DNA of 64,000 bases, taken from contig JAANOX010000055.1 of NCBI GenBank assembly GCA_020184695.1, positions 124,001-188,000 of the forward strand, read 5' to 3'. The first letter of the stretch is position 1. Every line of letters starts with the position of its first letter. A program made the position numbers and the translations under genes. This stretch comes from Histomonas meleagridis 2922-C6/04-290x. Its lineage: Eukaryota; Protista; Parabasalia. The notes under the pieces were generated by a model. That model was given only the letters and a program-made list of their open reading frames with translations. It made no database searches and was not told the DNA's origin. Positions 48,701-58,983 of this stretch are shown here, in pieces.

Positions 48701-49837
48701 CAAAACTATTTCTGATTACAGTGGCAAAGCGCCACCACCGCTTGACATTGACATGAATGAAAGAGCCCAGCAACAAAGAAACTGAACAGCCGACGAATGG
48801 GGCGCGTCCGCGTCTTTCATTTGAATCAGGAAGTCGCAAAATGAGTTTTCCACGCTTCAAGAGCAATTTTGTTGAAGAATCATCGAATAATAATAATAAC
48901 AGTGAAAGTCCATTAAATACTAATTCAGAAGTTAATATGCAAAACGGCGACGATCCGAATCTTGAAAGTTTTTCCAGCATTTCGCCCCGAGTTTCTGCGC
49001 AACGCCTCAGTCCGCGCGGCGGCAGCTTTTCGCCACGTTCGACGCTGATTCGACGCAACAATGTTTCCAACGATAACGATAATGCTCCCGAAGAATTTCC
49101 GAACATTGGCAATCGCCAAACGCCACTTCGTACAGTTCATCGCGAAATCTCAGACAACACAACTAATGCGAATGCTAATGTTAATGTTAATTCTAATGTT
49201 AATGCGGTAGCGACAACTTCCGAAAAAGTTCTGCTCCGCGCATGCGCCGGATGTCAGTTCAAATCAATCGCCGCTATAATCCTCTTCAAGAATCGCTTTC
49301 ATCTCCGCAAACGTCATCGCAATCGCCGCAACAACAAACAGCGAATGCAACGCCACAACAACAACAAATTCAACAACAACAACAGCAAATTTCGAGCGCA
49401 TTTATTCGACCGCAGCGAAGTTCCGTTTCTGTCAGCGGGCGTCGTATGTCAGTTCAAGTTGGGCGTCGCTACGGCCCCGGCGCAGGGCTGCTGGGCAACG
49501 ACAGCGGAAACTATGGAACAACGCCGCGCGGGATGCGTCCGAATGCGCAGCAAACAGATTTTCGACCTCCATCGCGAAGTAATGTGCAATTGCGTCCATC
49601 ATCACGCCAAACACAACGCGATCGCCCAACATCGCGATTTAGTCAAAAGGGGAATTAAATCAAATCAAATTAAATTCAATAATTCATAAATATAATAAAA
49701 TACAGCAAAAAGTGAATTTTTGCAAATCGTTGTCGAAACAAACAAATAAACAAATTAATAAATAAATAATTTCGTAAGTAAATAATAAACGTAATAAAAA
49801 TTCTGTTCTAATGATAAAAATTATTGAAGTATCTATT
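45780..49837 (+). repeat. Right arm of inverted duplication
   Basis: See left arm; differs by a few substitutions, a 21-nt in-frame deletion and 1-nt indels. Confidence 0.95.
45870..49658 (+). CDS. RhoGEF (DH-PH) + kelch-repeat protein, copy 2 (frameshifted in this consensus)
   Basis: ORFs 45870-46133, 46277-46585, 46539-48785, 48757-49689 and 49242-49658 join into ~1260 aa; terminal TAAA at 49656. Confidence 0.8.
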
Positions 49838-50036
49838 CCTCATAATAGTTAAATTTGAAAATGGTACAAACGATATGGTGAAAATTAGCATTAAAATTAA
49901 TAGAAGTCTTTAAAAAAAAATATAGTTTATGAAATATAAAAATTGATTTTAGAGCCACTGTAAAACAATGAAGGCTACAACACAGTTTTAACACCTTTTT
50001 ACAAAATTCGATACGTTTATTTCAAGTCTTGAAGCT

Positions 50037-51458
50037 TCATTCATCATCACCCAGGAGTTGGTAGGGGTTTTTCTTCCAGTCAGGAAAACATCTACTTACT
50101 ATATCATGATAAAAAATAAGTGGAACTAATTCGTCACTTCCTTCTTCATAAATTATTTTCTTCATGATCTCCATAGAATTTTTGGTTTGTATTTCTTTGT
50201 TAACTATGTGTGTAAACATATTAACAACACCTTTTCCTGTTACTGCACTTGTTTCAAAGTAAGGAATGTTAATATTATTTGCGAATTCTTTTACCTCTTC
50301 AGATGATATACACCTATCATTTAAGTCAACTTTATTTGCACACAAATAATGAAAATTAGCATTAGGTAGAAAATCATTACAATATTTGCCAATGTTTTCA
50401 AATCCTTTACGATTTTCGACAGAAAAAACATAAATTGTTGCATGAATTTTTGGTAATTTTTTTATTGAAGTTGAATCTGTGTCTGTATCGCATATATAAA
50501 TATGATATTCATACCTATTTTTTTGGTATACAAAAGTCTTTCGAAAATAATCAACATGACCATTCAGGTCATTTATTTTTAAATACTTTTTAACCAGTGA
50601 ACATTTACCAGAGGATTCACACCCAAAGATAAATATGTTAAAGTTTTGAACTTTAGATGGTTTTGGATTCTGAAGTATTGAAACAATTTCATCAATTGTT
50701 GGACGATTCTTTGGATTTAATGAAAGCATTTTCGAAATTAGATTTTTAATGGTATCACTATAATAATTTGAAATTGGTTTATATTTTCCCTTTGTAATTG
50801 ATTTACGAATTTCACTCAAATTTCCATGAAATGGAGGTTCAAGTGAACATAATTCATAAAGAACACATCCTAAAGACCAAATGTCTGTTTTATAATCATA
50901 TGATTTAAAATTAATAAGTTCTGGTGACATATAATTTTTCGTTCCTGAAAATGATGTACATCGTTGATGAATAGTTTCAAGAATTTTAATATCATCAAAA
51001 TCCCCAAGTTTAATAATATCTTGTTGCATTAAGAAAATGTTTTGAGGCTTTAAGTCACGATGAATAATATTATGATTATGAATATATTGAACAGCAAGTG
51101 CAATCTGCTCAAAATATAGTATAATTTTTTCTTCAGTAAAAGCTTTTTGATTAGTTCGATATTTCTTTATCATTTGAGATAAGTCTCCTCCATCTGCATA
51201 TTCTAAAACACAATATATATTTTTAGAAGTTTTAAAAATATCAATATATTTAATAATATTCGGATGAGAAATATTTTTCATGCTATTAAAGTTTTCTATA
51301 ATTCTTTCTTGAATTTGAGGGGAAAAGGTACATGCGTTGGAAATTTTTTTAATCACAAATCTTTTTCTTGATTCATCTTCCACGAGAATTACTTTCCATA
51401 TAGAACCTATTCCAAGTATTTTAATTTTTTTAAAATTTTCCATTGGGGATGATAACAT
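50037..51458 (-). CDS. NEK-family kinase fused to a degenerate Rab/Ras-like domain
   Basis: HRDLKPQN, DFD (for DFG), GTKNYMSPE, TDIWSLGC; then GCESSGKC, NKVD, ETSA. Confidence 0.85.
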   Translation of the reverse strand: MLSSPMENFKKIKILGIGSIWKVILVEDESRKRFVIKKISNACTFSPQIQERIIENFNSMKNISHPNIIKYIDIFKTSKNIYCVLEYADGGDLSQMIKKYRTNQKAFTEEKIILYFEQIALAVQYIHNHNIIHRDLKPQNIFLMQQDIIKLGDFDDIKILETIHQRCTSFSGTKNYMSPELINFKSYDYKTDIWSLGCVLYELCSLEPPFHGNLSEIRKSITKGKYKPISNYYSDTIKNLISKMLSLNPKNRPTIDEIVSILQNPKPSKVQNFNIFIFGCESSGKCSLVKKYLKINDLNGHVDYFRKTFVYQKNRYEYHIYICDTDTDSTSIKKLPKIHATIYVFSVENRKGFENIGKYCNDFLPNANFHYLCANKVDLNDRCISSEEVKEFANNINIPYFETSAVTGKGVVNMFTHIVNKEIQTKNSMEIMKKIIYEEGSDELVPLIFYHDIVSRCFPDWKKNPYQLLGDDE

Positions 51459-51592
51459 CTATAAATATGAATATTTTCGTTTTGATTTTTTTGAAAAATG
51501 CCCACTTTTAAAATTTTAACCGAAAATGTTTACTACTCAATTTTGGAACTTATTCTCATTTCGTAAAGTTAAAAAGAATTGATGAATACCAA

Positions 51593-51614
51593 ATATATAT
51601 ATATATATATATAT
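51593..51614. repeat. (AT)11 microsatellite
   Basis: Direct read. Confidence 0.9.
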
Positions 51615-51780
51615 AATATTAATGTTGTTCTGCTTTCACAAGGATAACCTTTTTTCAGCAGTCAGCTTAAAGATTTTGGTTTTTGAAATTTTTTCAAGAG
51701 ATTTCAAACCATTTCTATAAAATTGATTTTTATTATTTTATGAATAAAAACAAATATATACAATTTTATAAAATGATGTT

Positions 51781-53166
51781 CTAATCATCTAAATATAATC
51801 TCGAAAGTAGTTCTTCTACTTCTATTAAGAACTGTTTTTTACTATCCTTTCCAACGATTGATTCCCTAATTTCTGCCAACATTTCGATAAGTTCTTGTGT
51901 GTTAACATCACTAAACAACGGATTATCAGTCAGCGGTCCCTCAATCATCCGCAAGAGCAAAAACAAAGCATGCACAACTTTCGAAAATATTTTCGATTTG
52001 GAAACAACGAAATATTCGGTGATCTTGGCCATGAGCGAGTTCGCCACGAAGAAGTTCAAAATCGCTGGTTCCTGAATGTAACCCAAAATTCCGCACAAAA
52101 ACAATACGACTGTTTCTTTTGTTGAAAATGTTCCTACGTTAAAGAAACGTATTGCAATGTCACCAAATCCACGGCACAATACTTCTTGAATAACTTCAGG
52201 CCCAAGGGAAAACATATTAGTTAAAGATTCAAGAATCAAACCCATGCACTTTTCGTTAATGTTTTGAAAAATTGAAATTTTTTGAATGAAGCCGCGAACG
52301 AACAATTCTTGCGTCGATTCCGAAGTACCAGCTGAAACATTAATAAATACGCCAAGGATATGTTCTTTGTCAATTTGACGGACATTCGGTAATTTAGAAA
52401 GAAGAAAATCATCAACATTTTGCCCAAAGAAAAAAGTATAGACTCCATCAGTATATAAAGTTTCAAGTATGATTTTGAATAAATAAACAACTTTAGAAAA
52501 TACTTCATCGTTCGGGGAAAAAAGATACATTGGAATAATTGCACGAAATGTAAGTTCATTATATGTGGTATCATTGGTGATTAAGATAAATTGGGTTACA
52601 ATATTGATTAGTTGAAGAAGATGTGCAGGATTAATATCGGGTCTTTGAATAAGGGCTAAAATAGATTGGAAGTATTTTTCATTTTGAGATTTGTCATTGA
52701 GAATATCCATAATTTGATAACTAGAAACAAGGAAATTAGTAACAGCTCTTTCTTCATTTATTGTCATCGGTTGAAATAATTTTTGAGCTAAAAAAAGACC
52801 AGCTTCGCTATCAACAATTTCAATTCCTAAATTTACACGAGATTGAAGAATATACCCAACTAAAAGGAAGGCTTTTTCTGATATAATTGATCCGCTAGGA
52901 AATTTATTTGCTATTAAAATAAAGATTTCCAATTGTTGATGAAAAAAATTGACATTTCCAAAGGCTATTTCAAAAAGCCTATCTAAAGCTTTGGTTATGT
53001 CTTGTTCATTGCCGTTTTGAAGTACTAAACATAATTGTTTTATTTCTTGGTAAATTTTAGGTTTTTGTTTTATTGTAAAATTGTAGTTTAAAGATTCGCC
53101 ACGAGCTTCTTGGTGTTGCTTTGTCTTGAAAAAGGGATTTACTTTAGTATTCTCTATCATCTGCAC
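51781..53166 (-). CDS. ARM/helical-repeat protein (importin-alpha-like fold, uncharacterised)
   Basis: Helical repeats such as ILGVFINVSAGTSE, ILESLTNMFSLGPE, GTFSTKETVV. Start uncertain (GTG 53166 or ATG 53160). Confidence 0.6.
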   Translation of the reverse strand: MQMIENTKVNPFFKTKQHQEARGESLNYNFTIKQKPKIYQEIKQLCLVLQNGNEQDITKALDRLFEIAFGNVNFFHQQLEIFILIANKFPSGSIISEKAFLLVGYILQSRVNLGIEIVDSEAGLFLAQKLFQPMTINEERAVTNFLVSSYQIMDILNDKSQNEKYFQSILALIQRPDINPAHLLQLINIVTQFILITNDTTYNELTFRAIIPMYLFSPNDEVFSKVVYLFKIILETLYTDGVYTFFFGQNVDDFLLSKLPNVRQIDKEHILGVFINVSAGTSESTQELFVRGFIQKISIFQNINEKCMGLILESLTNMFSLGPEVIQEVLCRGFGDIAIRFFNVGTFSTKETVVLFLCGILGYIQEPAILNFFVANSLMAKITEYFVVSKSKIFSKVVHALFLLLRMIEGPLTDNPLFSDVNTQELIEMLAEIRESIVGKDSKKQFLIEVEELLSRLYLDD

Positions 53167-53694
53167 TTGTTTAAAAGCACTTCAATTTTTGAATATAAAT
53201 CCGATGATTTTTAATTCATTCGGTTCTATCGTTGGAGAATGGCTTTTCATTTCCTTCTAATACCTATTATTAATAATAGTTTTTAAAATAGAACATGATT
53301 CCTCAGCTATGTTTCATTTCAAATATGTTCTAAGCTTAATCTCTTTCTTCTCATGATTTTGAAAAGATTTTCACAGTAACTGTTAAAATATTGAATAACA
53401 AGAAATTACTGTCAAAAATGTCTTTCTTTGTTTGCGATAACTTTACAATCTTTTTATTGTATTTCCATCCCCTTGTTAACCACAATAAGTTTATAATTTT
53501 TGAGTTTTCATCAAAATTTAATTTTTGAAAATTATTATCAAATTTCTTATACAGGATATTTTTTTTTTTATTAATTAAGTATAGTAATTGCATAGGCCAT
53601 GTAAAGAGAAACTTATTTATATCAAAAAAAAAAGTTATTTAAAACAACTCAAACTAAAATTTATTGTGAATTTTATGAAGATTTACAACCATTT

Positions 53695-54739
53695 TTATTT
53701 TCGTTGTTTTGTATATTTATTTAACAGACGAGCAATTTCATCATTGGATGCAAGTGTAAATGCTGTGTTAAATAAATTAAATAATTTCCAAGTTCTAAAA
53801 GCAAAACCAATTTTATTTTAATAAATACTATATAAAACAAAGAAATATCTTGAGCATTAATATCATTTTCTTTATGCGTGAGAAGCAGTTTCACAATTTC
53901 TACATAACCCTTATAGGATGCAATCATAAGTGCTGTTTTAAATAATTAAAATAAATTCTAATCGAAAAGAATAAATTAAAAAACATTAAAGTAATCCTCA
54001 ACTTATATAAACGATTCCAAAATTTTAAAAATAAACAGTGAATTGTTAAATTAAATTTCAAACGATGAAAACAAATCACAAATTATTGAAACAAAAAACA
54101 AATTTATAAAACCAACAAAAAATAAATCATGTAAATGCTTTGCATATTGACTTCAATTCCTTTATGTTTAAGAAGGAATTGAACAATTTCAACGTAACCT
54201 TTTGAAGATGCGTAATATAGTGATGTTTTAATGAGTTGAAATAAAATCCGATTTAACAAATTAAATTTTAAATTTTGTAAATAAATGTTAAATAAGATAA
54301 ATAAAAATTATAATGATTAATGTCAATTCCTTCTTGTTCAAGAAGTAATTTAACAATTTCGATGTGACCTTTTTCATATGCAATCATAAGTGCTGTTTTA
54401 AATATTTTAAATGATTTCCAGATAATATTTTGAAATCCAAAATTTTTTAATTAATTTTCAAATATTACAAATAAATATCCTTAGTATTAGTATCAATTAC
54501 TTTTTGTTCAAGAAGTAATTTAACTATTGCTGTATTACCTTTTTCTGAAGAAGCAATAAGCGCTGTATAAAATTCTTAGTATAAAATCCAAATGAAATAA
54601 TGAAATATGAAATTATTTATATGAATTTTATATAAGAAAAATAACCTTTAGCATTAACATTAATTCCTTCTTGTTCAAGAATTAGTTTAACTATGTTTAT
54701 ATATCCTTTTTCAGATGCAAAAATAAGTGCTGTTTCAAA
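53695..54739 (-). other. Spacer-interrupted ankyrin-repeat array A (5 full modules + C-cap, 5' truncated)
   Basis: 90-nt modules at 54733-54644, 54566-54477, 54396-54307, 54226-54137 and 53936-53847; terminal module TAFTLASNDEIARLLNKYTKQRK* at 53766-53695 with TAAA. Spacers of 77, 80, 80, 200 and 80 nt. Confidence 0.9.
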
Positions 54740-54770
54740 TCAAACAAATAAATTTTATCTTCAGTATTAA

Positions 54771-57077
54771 CTCCTTTATATTCAACAAGTAATTACTGCA
54801 GATGAAGAATTTCAACAATGGGTACTTAGCACGCAATCGATTGATGAACTTCAATTATTAGATGATGATTTAAATGCTGAAGAAGATGAAGATGAAGATG
54901 AAAGTTATTATGAATCATTAAGTTATTCATTTTCTTGTGAATGTGATTTAATTAAATTAAATGATGTTTATAAAGGTAAATTCTATATTAATGATAAAGA
55001 ATTATTCTTTGAAGGTCGAACAGAAGAAAATAATGTTAAATCGATTCAAGTTTCATTAAAATCTTTATCAATGGTATTACATCGGAATTATTTACATTTG
55101 CCAAAAGCATTAGAATTCTTTTTGATTAAAAGGAAAAGTTATTTCATAGTATTCCCAAGTAATGAAAAAAGAAAAGAAGTATTACGATTTCTACAAAAGA
55201 AGAAATTAAATAATCTTAAAGTATTACAATTAAGCTCAAACATATCCACTATTTGGAATGAGCTTAAATTAACTGAAAAATGGCAAAATGGAATAATAAC
55301 AAATTATGAATATTTAATATATGTTAATTTATTTGCAGGTCGAAGTTTTAATGATTTAACACAATATCCAATATTCCCATGGATATTAAATGATTATACA
55401 AGTGAAACAATTGATATTAATGATCCAAAGAATTATCGTGACTTAAATAAACCAATTGGTGCAATTAATGAAACACGATTAAATAACTTAATTAAAATAT
55501 CAAATGAAGCATTTGAAGATCCTAAGAAATCATATTTATATCGTATACATTATTCTACTTCATATTTTGTATCATATTATTTATTACGTTTAGAACCATT
55601 TACTACAATTAATATCAAAATGCAAGATAATAAATTTGATAATTCACAACGAATATTTTCATCAATACAAAAGGTTTGGGAATGTGTATCATCACCAGTT
55701 GTTAATGACTTTCGAGAATTAATTCCAGAATTCTTTACTACACCCGAATTCTTAATTAATTCGAATGGATTCGATTTAGGTAAAGATATTAATGACAACA
55801 TAATTAATGATGTAATATTACCGAAATGGGCTAAAACGCCATATGAATTCATTGAAATACATAAGAACGCATTAGAATCAAATTATGTTAACAACAATTT
55901 AAATGGTTGGATCGATTTAATATTCGGATATAAACAACAAGGTAAAGCAGCCATCGAAGCAAATAATACTTTTCCGCCATTCTCTTATGCTTCGTGTATA
56001 ACTAAATCAGTATTAAATGACCCGGAAATGTTATCACAATGTCAACAAAACGCTTTTCATTTCGGTATTACACCAAAACAAATATTTACTTCGCCACATC
56101 CAAAGCGTCAAAACGTTGTACAAATTCATAACTTTTATAACTTACGAGAGAAAGTTAAACTTACGCAAATATTAAAGACACAATTCCGTAACATATTTAT
56201 GCGAAATGATCAAACGAATTTAATACTTATTAATATTAAAGGGTTATTAACAATGATCAATTATAACAACGCAAATAATACAACAAATAATAATAACAAT
56301 AATAACATCGAAGAAGATTTAACTCGTTATATCGGTAGTATTGAAGAGTTTAGTGAAAAGAAATTCTCTTGTTTAATGGGATCGAACATATTAATCGCTT
56401 CTTCGAACACTGATTCTTCTTTCCATTTGTTCCAAATCGAAAATAATTCGATAAAACATATCGAAATGAAAAACCAATTCTCATTAAACATCGCAGTATG
56501 TCAACCTGATAACTATCATTTGATTACTGCTTCAACAGATTCTTCAATCATTTTATGGCATTTGGGTGTGCCAACTTCAATTGTATATCGAATTTCACCA
56601 CATTCAGAACCGATAATTGACGTGAAAGCAAATTTGCAATTGAACATGATTGTAAGTTGTGATAAATCGAAAACTATTGTTGTTTCGGAATTGTCACAAG
56701 GAGCTTTCATTAGATCAATTTCAATACCTTCGAATATACTGAAAATTGAAATAAGTACAAACCCTTGCATACTAGTGGCGTACGAAGGTGTCAAAGATAA
56801 AACGTCTTTAATTTCGACATTTAATATAAACGGCAAAAAAGTGGCAACGGTGGAAATTATGGGTAAAAATTTGTCGTGGTGCGAAATGAAAATTAATAAC
56901 TTGAAATCTTTGTTGGCTGTCGGCGATCAACAAAATAAATTAAAGATATTCGAGTTGCCAACATTAAAATTAATCGCGGATATTGAAATGATGTCACAGA
57001 TTACAACGATGTGTTATAATACAAGAAATAATAAGTTGTACTGTGCATGTGAAAATAATATTGTTTATTCTCTTTAG
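54771..57077 (+). CDS. BEACH-domain protein (PH-BEACH-WD40), 5' truncated
   Basis: TNYEYLIYVNLFAGRSFNDLTQYPIFPW, DFRELIPEFF, WIDLIFGYKQQG. The frame stays open without ATG from 54771 (TAA at 54768) through an acidic stretch and the PH start to ATG 55071. Confidence 0.85.
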   Translation, partial: LLYIQQVITADEEFQQWVLSTQSIDELQLLDDDLNAEEDEDEDESYYESLSYSFSCECDLIKLNDVYKGKFYINDKELFFEGRTEENNVKSIQVSLKSLSMVLHRNYLHLPKALEFFLIKRKSYFIVFPSNEKRKEVLRFLQKKKLNNLKVLQLSSNISTIWNELKLTEKWQNGIITNYEYLIYVNLFAGRSFNDLTQYPIFPWILNDYTSETIDINDPKNYRDLNKPIGAINETRLNNLIKISNEAFEDPKKSYLYRIHYSTSYFVSYYLLRLEPFTTINIKMQDNKFDNSQRIFSSIQKVWECVSSPVVNDFRELIPEFFTTPEFLINSNGFDLGKDINDNIINDVILPKWAKTPYEFIEIHKNALESNYVNNNLNGWIDLIFGYKQQGKAAIEANNTFPPFSYASCITKSVLNDPEMLSQCQQNAFHFGITPKQIFTSPHPKRQNVVQIHNFYNLREKVKLTQILKTQFRNIFMRNDQTNLILINIKGLLTMINYNNANNTTNNNNNNNIEEDLTRYIGSIEEFSEKKFSCLMGSNILIASSNTDSSFHLFQIENNSIKHIEMKNQFSLNIAVCQPDNYHLITASTDSSIILWHLGVPTSIVYRISPHSEPIIDVKANLQLNMIVSCDKSKTIVVSELSQGAFIRSISIPSNILKIEISTNPCILVAYEGVKDKTSLISTFNINGKKVATVEIMGKNLSWCEMKINNLKSLLAVGDQQNKLKIFELPTLKLIADIEMMSQITTMCYNTRNNKLYCACENNIVYSL

Positions 57078-57235
57078 TTTTAGGTGAACAAATAAATCAG
57101 TGATCAATAATACATTTTTTTGAAAAATGTAATTTTCAAATATCAAATTGTACCTACGAAAATCTGTCGACGAATAAAACATTAAATTTAGATGTCATTT
57201 TGCTGTAATTAAATTTTATATCGTGTTGATTAAAA

Positions 57236-58386
57236 ATGGGGTGCGGCCAATCGAAGGTTGTACCAGAACAAATATCACCTTTACCACCTTGCAAAACATC
57301 AGTAAAAGATCATGCACAGCAAAACATACAGCCAAAGGAGGAAGAGCCAATAAAAAATGAGGAACCTAAAGAAATAACATCCAATACAAACAATGAAAAA
57401 CAGCCGATTCTAATCAAAGATAATGATATAGAAGCATTTGGATTGATTCTTTGTGGAACTGGAGAAACGGGTAAAACAACATATGCTCGTCAATTAAAGC
57501 TTAAATATGTTGGAATTGAGGATGATGAAAGAAAGAGCCTTATCCCAACCATAAAAGGAAATCTCGTTGAATCTATGCAACTTCTTCTTATTTGGTTAGA
57601 ACGTAATTCGATGGAAATCAGTCCAGATCTCGAACAAGCAGCACAAGATATTCTTGCATTAAATCCGTTTGCTTGCGATTTTACTCCTCAACTTGCTGAA
57701 TCTCTACAACAACTATGGCAAGATCCATCAATACAAACGGCATACAGACATAAAGATGAAACTATCATTCCAGACAACGTCGGTTACTTCTTTGACAAAA
57801 TTGATGATCTCCAAGATGAAGACTACGTTCCAAGTGATGATGATGTCCTTCGAGTTCGTGTCAGATCAATTGGAATTGATTCAATCACATTTGATCTCGA
57901 TGGAGCAATCATCCGTATATATATGACGTTGGTGGTCAAAAGAATGAACGCAGCAAATGGGAAAAAATCATGAGTGAAGTTGGCGGATGTATATATTTTG
58001 TATCATTGGCCGAATTCGACAAGCCAATGTTCGAAGACATCCAAATGGTTCGCATCAATGATTCGCTTGAAGTTTTCTCCCAAGTTGTCAAAAAAGAAGA
58101 GTTTAGAGAAGCACCAATTTTCCTCATCTGCAATAAGTTCGATGAATTCACAGAAAAGATAAGGGAAACGGATTGCTTCACTAAGGTGTTTCCTGAGTAT
58201 ATCGGAGATCCACACGACCCTGACAAATGTGCACAGTATATTGTCGATAAATTCTTGGAAAGGGCTAAACCACTTACCGAGTCAAGGCCAATTATTGTTT
58301 ACAGGCAAGTGTCATTAGATAGTCAGCAGGTGATTGATAACACACTCCAAATGTTCAAATATATCAGCCAAAATTACTACGAGTAA
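57236..58386 (+). CDS. Heterotrimeric G-protein alpha subunit (2-nt frameshift in this consensus)
   Basis: MGCGQS lipidation motif, GTGETGKTT, RVRSIGI, CNKFD. Removing one AT from ATATATAT (57917-57924) restores YDVGGQKNERSKW and joins the two ORFs. Confidence 0.92.
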
Positions 58387-58983
58387 AGTTTTCATTATTT
58401 TCACTTTTTTGAAGCTGACAAAGATATCCGGGGCGGGCGGTGATAAATTTGATGTTTGGCTCTGTACGGATTGTGTAACAAGTTATAAATGAATTCCATG
58501 TGATATTTGACAATAAATATTCTTTTATAAATTCATAGATATCACGAAAAGAGACAAAATGGTAAATATTAGCTTTGTTTTACTGCTTTGGGGACATTCA
58601 CAGACTGACCGTTTTTTTATATAACTTTTTGAACAACGTGGAATTAAATGCAATCTGATCGATTTGTTCCCATTTTTTTCAAAGGACTGAACGCTTTTTT
58701 TACAAAATATATTATCGATTGAAATCAAAAAAATATTTATATCCTATGAATTAAACAAGTTTCGACAAATTAAACATAATATATTATCAAAATACTCATA
58801 TTATTTCCATGTTTTGGAAAATATTAAAATATCCCTTACTAGCATCAGAATAACGCAAATTATAAAATTTATTGTTCACACCAACTGAACTTTACAACCA
58901 AAGACGCATTGAAATTTTCTAGCCCTCACAAGTAGCGCCGTCAAATTGAATGAAAATGATCACTGTGAGAACCATTTTGAAAA

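Noticed and set aside
53695-54739. CRISPR array interpretation of the module/spacer periodicity
   Set aside because: Repeats are 90-nt protein-coding and variable, spacers are related to each other, the host is eukaryotic and no cas genes are present.
53695-54739. Canonical GT-AG or U12 AT-AC introns
   Set aside because: Only one spacer has GT, one junction lacks AG, and no ACTAAC or TCCTTAAC branch motif is present. AT-AC joining is out of frame, and use of the ACAG acceptor would delete the conserved Thr and loop. Not fully excluded without RNA data.
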